DNA of 64,000 nt, from the NCBI GenBank assembly GCA_963779875.1, contig CAWAAI010000007.1:14599-78598 (forward strand), in the 5' to 3' direction. The notes below the pieces were generated by a model that was given only the letters and a program-made list of their open reading frames with translations, was not told where the DNA came from and did not search any database. A program made the position numbers and the translations under genes. Shown piece after piece: positions 59,235-64,000 of this stretch. How positions within the stretch are numbered: the stretch's first letter is position 1; each line of letters starts with the position of its first letter. The DNA is from an uncultured Alphaproteobacteria bacterium. GTDB lineage: Bacteria > Pseudomonadota > Alphaproteobacteria > Acetobacterales > Acetobacteraceae.

Positions 59235-59561
59235 ATGCCCGAAGAGATGGATCTGGCCGAACTCGCCGAACCCGCGCCGCCGGGAACCGACAACGGCGGC
59301 ATCCGCAGCGCCCGCGACCTGGAGGCCGTGTACGACATCCCGGTGACGGTCAGCGCCGTGCTCGGCAAGGCCACGATGCAGGTGGCGCAGCTGCTGAAGC
59401 TCGGCCGCGGCGCGGTGGTGGAACTCGACCGCAAGCTGGGCGAGGCGATCGACATCTACGTCAACAACCGCCTCGTCGCGCGCGGCGAGGTGGTGATGGT
59501 GGATGACAACCGGCTCGGCGTGACGATGACGGAAATCGTCAAGGCCGACCGCGCCGGCTGA
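59235..59561 (+). CDS. fliN: flagellar motor switch protein FliN
   Basis: SpoA domain: IPVTVSAVLGKATMQVAQLLKLGRGAVVELDRKLGEAIDIYVNNRLVARGEVVMVDDNRLGVTMTEI. AGGGAGGG SD. Confidence 0.9.
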   Translation: MPEEMDLAELAEPAPPGTDNGGIRSARDLEAVYDIPVTVSAVLGKATMQVAQLLKLGRGAVVELDRKLGEAIDIYVNNRLVARGEVVMVDDNRLGVTMTEIVKADRAG

Positions 59562-59605
59562 ACCCGGCGCGAAGCTGCCATGCCACGACCACGAAGGGAT
59601 GCGCC

Positions 59606-60994
59606 ATGCGCATGATGATCATCGGCGCCTTCACGGGCGAGCTGGCCCAGGCGGCGCGCCTGGCGATGGCCCGCGGCGTGCGCATCGAACAGGCTGATTC
59701 GCGCGATGCCGCGCTGGCCACCCTGCGCCGCGACCCGCGCTTCGACATGGTGCTGTGCGACCTCGCGCACGACGTCGGCGCCCTGGTGCGGGCGCTGGCC
59801 GCCGAGCGGATCGCCGTGCCGGTGGTGGCCTGCGCCGTGCACCCCGACCCGGATGCCGCGGTCGCCGCCATCCGTGCCGGCGCCCGCGAGTTCCTGCCCT
59901 TGCCGCCCGATCCTGACCTGATCGCGGCGATCCTGGACGCGGTGGCCGGGGACGATCGCACGATCGTGGTGCGCGACCCCGCGATGCAGGCCACGCTGGC
60001 CCGCGCCGAGCAGGTCGCCGCCGCCGAGGCGTCGGTGCTGATCACCGGCGAGAGCGGCACGGGCAAGGAGGTGCTGGCCCGGCACATCCACCGCCGCTCG
60101 CGCCGCAGTGCCGCCTCGTTCGTGGCGCTGAACTGCGCGGCCATCCCGGAGAACCTGCTGGAAAGCGAGCTGTTCGGCCACGAGAAAGGCGCCTTCAGCG
60201 GCGCCGTGGCTCGCCGCGTGGGCAAGTTCGAGGCCGCCGACGGCGGCACGCTGTTGCTGGACGAGATCGGCGAGATGGACATCCGCCTGCAGGCCAAGCT
60301 GCTGCGCGCCCTGCAGGAGCGCGAGATCGACCGCATCGGCGGTGCCGCGCCGGTGCGGGTGAACGTGCGCATCCTGGCCACCACCAACCGCGACCTGCTG
60401 GCCGAGGTTTCGGCGGGCCGGTTCCGCGAGGACCTGTATTTCCGCCTCAACGTCATCAGCCTGCACGTGCCGCCGCTGCGCGAGCGGCCCGGCGATATCC
60501 TGGCATTGGCGGAACACTTCGCCCGCCGGTTCGCCGAGGTGAACGACCTGCCGCCGCGCCCGCTGACCCCGGCCGCCCGCCAGCGCCTGCTGGCCTGCGC
60601 CTGGCGCGGCAACGTGCGTGAGCTTGAGAACACGCTGCACCGCGCCGTGCTGCTGGCGCAGGGGGATTCGATCGATGCCGATGCCATCGAAGTGGTCCCC
60701 GGCAGCACCGCCACCCGCCCGGCAGTCCTCGCGCCCGCGGCAACCATCGGCATGTCCGTGCCGGCAGGCAGCGTCGCCGCCCTGGTGGGGCGGCGGATGG
60801 AGGAGGTGGAACGCGACCTGATCCTGGAGACGCTCAGCCACACCCTGGGCAACCGCACCCATGCGGCGACCATCCTTGGCATTTCCATCCGCGCGCTGCG
60901 CAACAAGCTGCGCGACTATAACGCAGCCGGCGTATCCGTGCCGCCGCCAGCCGCCGGCGTGGCAGGGCATGCGCCCGCCGGTCAGGCTGCCTAG
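59606..60994 (+). CDS. flbD: sigma-54-dependent flagellar transcriptional regulator FlbD
   Basis: FlbD-type receiver-like N-terminus (VPVVACAV..DP..A..AIRAGAREFLPLPPD), AAA+ core (GESGTGKEV, ESELFGHEKGAFSGA, GGTLLLDEIG) and a C-terminal Fis-type HTH (TILGISIRALRNKL). Confidence 0.85.
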   Translation: MRMMIIGAFTGELAQAARLAMARGVRIEQADSRDAALATLRRDPRFDMVLCDLAHDVGALVRALAAERIAVPVVACAVHPDPDAAVAAIRAGAREFLPLPPDPDLIAAILDAVAGDDRTIVVRDPAMQATLARAEQVAAAEASVLITGESGTGKEVLARHIHRRSRRSAASFVALNCAAIPENLLESELFGHEKGAFSGAVARRVGKFEAADGGTLLLDEIGEMDIRLQAKLLRALQEREIDRIGGAAPVRVNVRILATTNRDLLAEVSAGRFREDLYFRLNVISLHVPPLRERPGDILALAEHFARRFAEVNDLPPRPLTPAARQRLLACAWRGNVRELENTLHRAVLLAQGDSIDADAIEVVPGSTATRPAVLAPAATIGMSVPAGSVAALVGRRMEEVERDLILETLSHTLGNRTHAATILGISIRALRNKLRDYNAAGVSVPPPAAGVAGHAPAGQAA

Positions 60995-60997
60995 CGC

Positions 60998-63082
60998 ATG
61001 ACCACCGCCCTCGCGGGATCGCTGGGCACGCTGGCCGGGCGGCTGCGGCCGTTCACGCCGGGCACCGACGTGGGGCTGGCGTTCGGCGTCATCGTGCTGC
61101 TGTCCGTGCTGGTGCTGCCGCTGCCGACCCTGGTGCTGGATTTGGGGCTCGCGCTATCGGTCACCGCCTCCGTGCTGGTGCTGATGGTGGCGATCTTCCT
61201 CGCCCGCCCGCTGGAGTTCACCAGCTTCCCCACGCTGCTGCTGCTCACCACGCTGCTGCGGCTGTCGCTGAACGTGGCCACCACCCGGCTGATCCTTTCG
61301 GGCGGCCAGGAGGGTCCGCTGGCGGCCGGCCATGTCGTGGCGGCATTCGGCGGCTTCCTGATGGGCGGCGACATCGTCATCGGCATGATCCTGTTCGCCA
61401 TCCTGCTGGTGGTGAACTTCATGGTCATCACCAAGGGCTCCGGCCGCATCGCGGAGGTGGCCGCGCGCTTCAGCCTCGACGCCATGCCCGGCAAGCAGAT
61501 GGCCATAGACTCCGACCTCTCCGCCGGGCTGATCGACGAGAAGATCGCCCGTACCCGCCGTGCCGAACTGGAGGAGGAGAGCGGCTTCTTCGGCGCCATG
61601 GACGGTGCCGCCAAGTTCGTGCGCGGCGACGCGATCGCCGGGTTGATCATAACCGCGATCAATATTGTCGGCGGCCTCACCATCGGGCTGGTGCGCCACG
61701 GCATGTCGTTCTCCGATGCCGCCGGCAGCTACACCACGCTGACCATCGGCGACGGGCTGGTCAGTCAAATTCCCGCGCTGCTGGTCTCGGTTGCGGCCGG
61801 CATCGTGGTCACCAAGGGCGGCACCGAGGGCACCGCCGACGTCACCCTGATGCGCCAGCTCGGCGGCAGCCCGAAACCGCTCGGCATGGCTGCGGGCGCC
61901 GCGCTGGTGCTGGCGCTGATGCCGGGCCTGCCGATGCTGCCCTTCCTCTCGCTGGCCGGCCTGGCAGGCGCCGGCGCCTGGATGCGCCACAGGAATCCGC
62001 CGCGCATGCAGGGGGAGTTGCCCGAGGCCGTGACCCCCGCGGCCAGCGAACCGCCGATCAGCGACACCCTGCGCATCGACATGGTGCGCGTGGAGCTCGG
62101 CTACGGCCTGCTGGTACTGGCTGGCGGCGATGCCCCGCGGCTAACCGAACAGATCAAGGGCCTGCGCCGCGCCATCGCCGCCGAGATGGGCTTTGTGCTG
62201 CCGCCGGTGCGCATCCAGGACAACATGGCCCTACAGCCCGACGGCTACAGTGTCCGCATCAAGGAGATCGTCGCCGGCCAGGGCATAGTGCGCCCCACCA
62301 TGGTGCTCGCCATGGACCCCGGCGGCGGCATGCCCGACTTCCCCGGCGAGGCCACCCAAGAGCCCACCTTCGGCCTGCCGGCCATGTGGATCGATGCCGC
62401 CCTGCGCGACGAGGCTGTGTTCCGCGGCTGCACCGTCGTCGATCCGCCCAGCGTCCTCACCACCCACCTCACCGAACTGGTGAAGCAGAACATGGCCGAG
62501 CTGCTCTCCTTCGCCGAAACCCAGAAGCTGCTCGACGAACTGCCGCGCGACCAGCAGAAGCTGGTGGCCGAGCTGGTGCCGTCGCAGATCAGCGTAGGCG
62601 GGGTGCAGCGCGTGCTCCAGGGCCTGCTCGCCGAACGCGTTTCCATCCGCGACCTGCCGACAATCCTGGAAGGCATCCAGGAGGCGTGCGCCAGCCAGGC
62701 CCGCGCCATCCCCGCCATTGTCTCGCACGTGCGCAGCCGCCTCGCCCGGCAGATCAGCGACGCCCATCTCGGCCCGAATGGCTACCTGCCGCTGATCACC
62801 CTGTCGGCCACCTGGGACCAGGAGTTCCACGAGGCCCTGGTGGGCACCGGCGACGAACGCCAGCTCGCCATGGCCCCCACCAAGCTGGGCGAGTTCATGC
62901 AGCGCCTGCGCAACGCCTTCGACGAGGCCGCGGCCGCCGGCGAGGCGCCGGTGCTGCTGACCAGCGCGCCGTTGCGCGGCCATGTGCGCGCCATCGTCGA
63001 GCGCATCCGCCCGGAAACGCCGGTGCTGGCGCAGACCGAGATCCATCCGCGGGTCCGCATCCGCACGGTCGGCAACATCTGA
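60998..63082 (+). CDS. flhA: flagellar biosynthesis protein FlhA
   Basis: Full-length FHIPEP family: FPTLLLLTTLLRLSLNVATTRLIL, ITKGSGRIAEVAARFSLDAMPGKQMAID, GAMDGAAKFVRGDAIAG, and a C-terminal cytoplasmic domain. Confidence 0.95.
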   Translation: MTTALAGSLGTLAGRLRPFTPGTDVGLAFGVIVLLSVLVLPLPTLVLDLGLALSVTASVLVLMVAIFLARPLEFTSFPTLLLLTTLLRLSLNVATTRLILSGGQEGPLAAGHVVAAFGGFLMGGDIVIGMILFAILLVVNFMVITKGSGRIAEVAARFSLDAMPGKQMAIDSDLSAGLIDEKIARTRRAELEEESGFFGAMDGAAKFVRGDAIAGLIITAINIVGGLTIGLVRHGMSFSDAAGSYTTLTIGDGLVSQIPALLVSVAAGIVVTKGGTEGTADVTLMRQLGGSPKPLGMAAGAALVLALMPGLPMLPFLSLAGLAGAGAWMRHRNPPRMQGELPEAVTPAASEPPISDTLRIDMVRVELGYGLLVLAGGDAPRLTEQIKGLRRAIAAEMGFVLPPVRIQDNMALQPDGYSVRIKEIVAGQGIVRPTMVLAMDPGGGMPDFPGEATQEPTFGLPAMWIDAALRDEAVFRGCTVVDPPSVLTTHLTELVKQNMAELLSFAETQKLLDELPRDQQKLVAELVPSQISVGGVQRVLQGLLAERVSIRDLPTILEGIQEACASQARAIPAIVSHVRSRLARQISDAHLGPNGYLPLITLSATWDQEFHEALVGTGDERQLAMAPTKLGEFMQRLRNAFDEAAAAGEAPVLLTSAPLRGHVRAIVERIRPETPVLAQTEIHPRVRIRTVGNI

Positions 63083-63100
63083 TGGCGGGCGGCATCTGAC

Positions 63101-64000
63101 ATGCGCCTGAAGCTCTACCGGGGCCCGGCCATGGCCGACGCGATGCGCCAGGTGCGCGCGGAACTCGGTGCAGAGGCGATGATCCTGTCGTCGCGCCGCG
63201 TGGACGGCGGCGTGGAGGTAACGGCCGGGCTGGAAGTGGAGGACGAGGTGGCGCCGCCCCCGGTGCCGCGGCCCGCGCCCGCCGCCCCCCATCCGCTCCA
63301 TGCCCCCCGTTCCCCCTTTCCGCTGCCCGTCGCCGGGCAGCATGCCGATGCGCTCGCCTTCCATGGCGCATCGGCGGCGGTGCAGCGCAAGCTGTGCTCC
63401 GGGCCATTGCCGTTCGCCTTGTCGGCGGCGTTTCGCTTCGCCCGCCTGCCGCTCGCGCCGGGCGGCCGGCCGCTGCTGCTGGCCGGTCCTCCCGGCGCCG
63501 GCAAGACGCTGAGCGCGGTGCGGCTGGCCACCCGCCTGGTGATGGCAGGCGTGCGGCCTATGGTCATCACCGCCGACGGCCAGCGTGCCGGCGCCACCGA
63601 GCAGCTTGCCGCCTTCACCCGGCTGCTGGGGATCGACCTGCTGGTGGCCAGCCAGCCCGCTGGGCTGCAGCGCGCGCTGGCGCGGCGGCAGGACGGTGCG
63701 CCCGTGCTGGTCGATGCGCCGGGCTGCTGCATCCTCGATCCGGCCCAGCGCGAAGCCCTGGCCGCCCTGGCCGCGGCCCTGGACGCCGACACCGCGCTGG
63801 TGCTGCCAGCCGGAATGGACCCGGGCGAGGCGGCCGACACTGCCGCCGCGCATGCCGAGAACGGCGCGTCGCTGCTCGTCGCCACGCGGCTGGACGCGTC
63901 CCGCCGCCTGGGCAGCCTGCTTGCCGCCGCCGAGGCCGGGCTCGCCATCGCCGAGGCCGGCATCGGCCCCGGTGCGGCAGACGGCATGGTGCCCTTCACC
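63101..64000 (+). CDS. flhF: flagellar biosynthesis GTPase FlhF (3'-truncated by the window end)
   Basis: My own translation of the open frame from ATG 63101 gives MRLKLYRGPAMADAMRQVRAELGAEAMILSSRRV.. and the SRP-type P-loop LLAGPPGAGKT, then ITADGQRAGATEQL and LVDAPG. There is no stop before the window end, which is why it is absent from the ORF track. Confidence 0.8.
   Translation, partial: MRLKLYRGPAMADAMRQVRAELGAEAMILSSRRVDGGVEVTAGLEVEDEVAPPPVPRPAPAAPHPLHAPRSPFPLPVAGQHADALAFHGASAAVQRKLCSGPLPFALSAAFRFARLPLAPGGRPLLLAGPPGAGKTLSAVRLATRLVMAGVRPMVITADGQRAGATEQLAAFTRLLGIDLLVASQPAGLQRALARRQDGAPVLVDAPGCCILDPAQREALAALAAALDADTALVLPAGMDPGEAADTAAAHAENGASLLVATRLDASRRLGSLLAAAEAGLAIAEAGIGPGAADGMVPFT

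Overview
This is a very GC-rich chromosomal segment (G+C judged by eye, not computed). It reads like an alphaproteobacterium: MucR/Ros, OlsB, FlbD, a class II DAHP synthase, the lgt-MidA-pgeF and YbjN-proC syntenies, and a Caulobacter-type fliF-fliG-fliH-fliN-flbD-flhA-flhF cluster at the 3' end. I can support about 60 protein genes, mostly housekeeping or metabolic. They include gor, a peptide-type ABC importer next to two amidohydrolases and a Rieske protein, ppsA, lnt, fur-olsB, phasin, proC, hldD, lgt, prs, fhs and nadK. There is one tRNA-Ser(CGA) at 8297-8386. That tRNA is the attachment site of a ~7.0 kb integrase-bearing island (8373-15416), bounded by a 14-bp direct repeat of the tRNA 3' end. 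The island's cargo is a secreted Sel1-repeat/trypsin-like protease fusion plus a small secreted protein. I recognised no rRNA, CRISPR array or IS transposase. Four genes have broken reading frames: a HAD-GH65 fusion, the second amidohydrolase, ppsA and prs. prs is extreme, with about five indels and one nonsense codon in roughly 0.6 kb. From the sequence alone I cannot separate real pseudogenes from assembly errors. Two non-genic structures stand out. One is an AT-rich ~57-nt palindromic repeat family with three copies (30-94, and an inverted pair at 43828-43969). The other is a cluster of three perfect hairpins framed by CTCTAG motifs at 34179-34382. Many long ORFs in the supplied track lie antisense to, or out of frame with, recognisable genes and are treated as high-GC artefacts. 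All family calls rest on motifs I recognise by eye; no database search was run.
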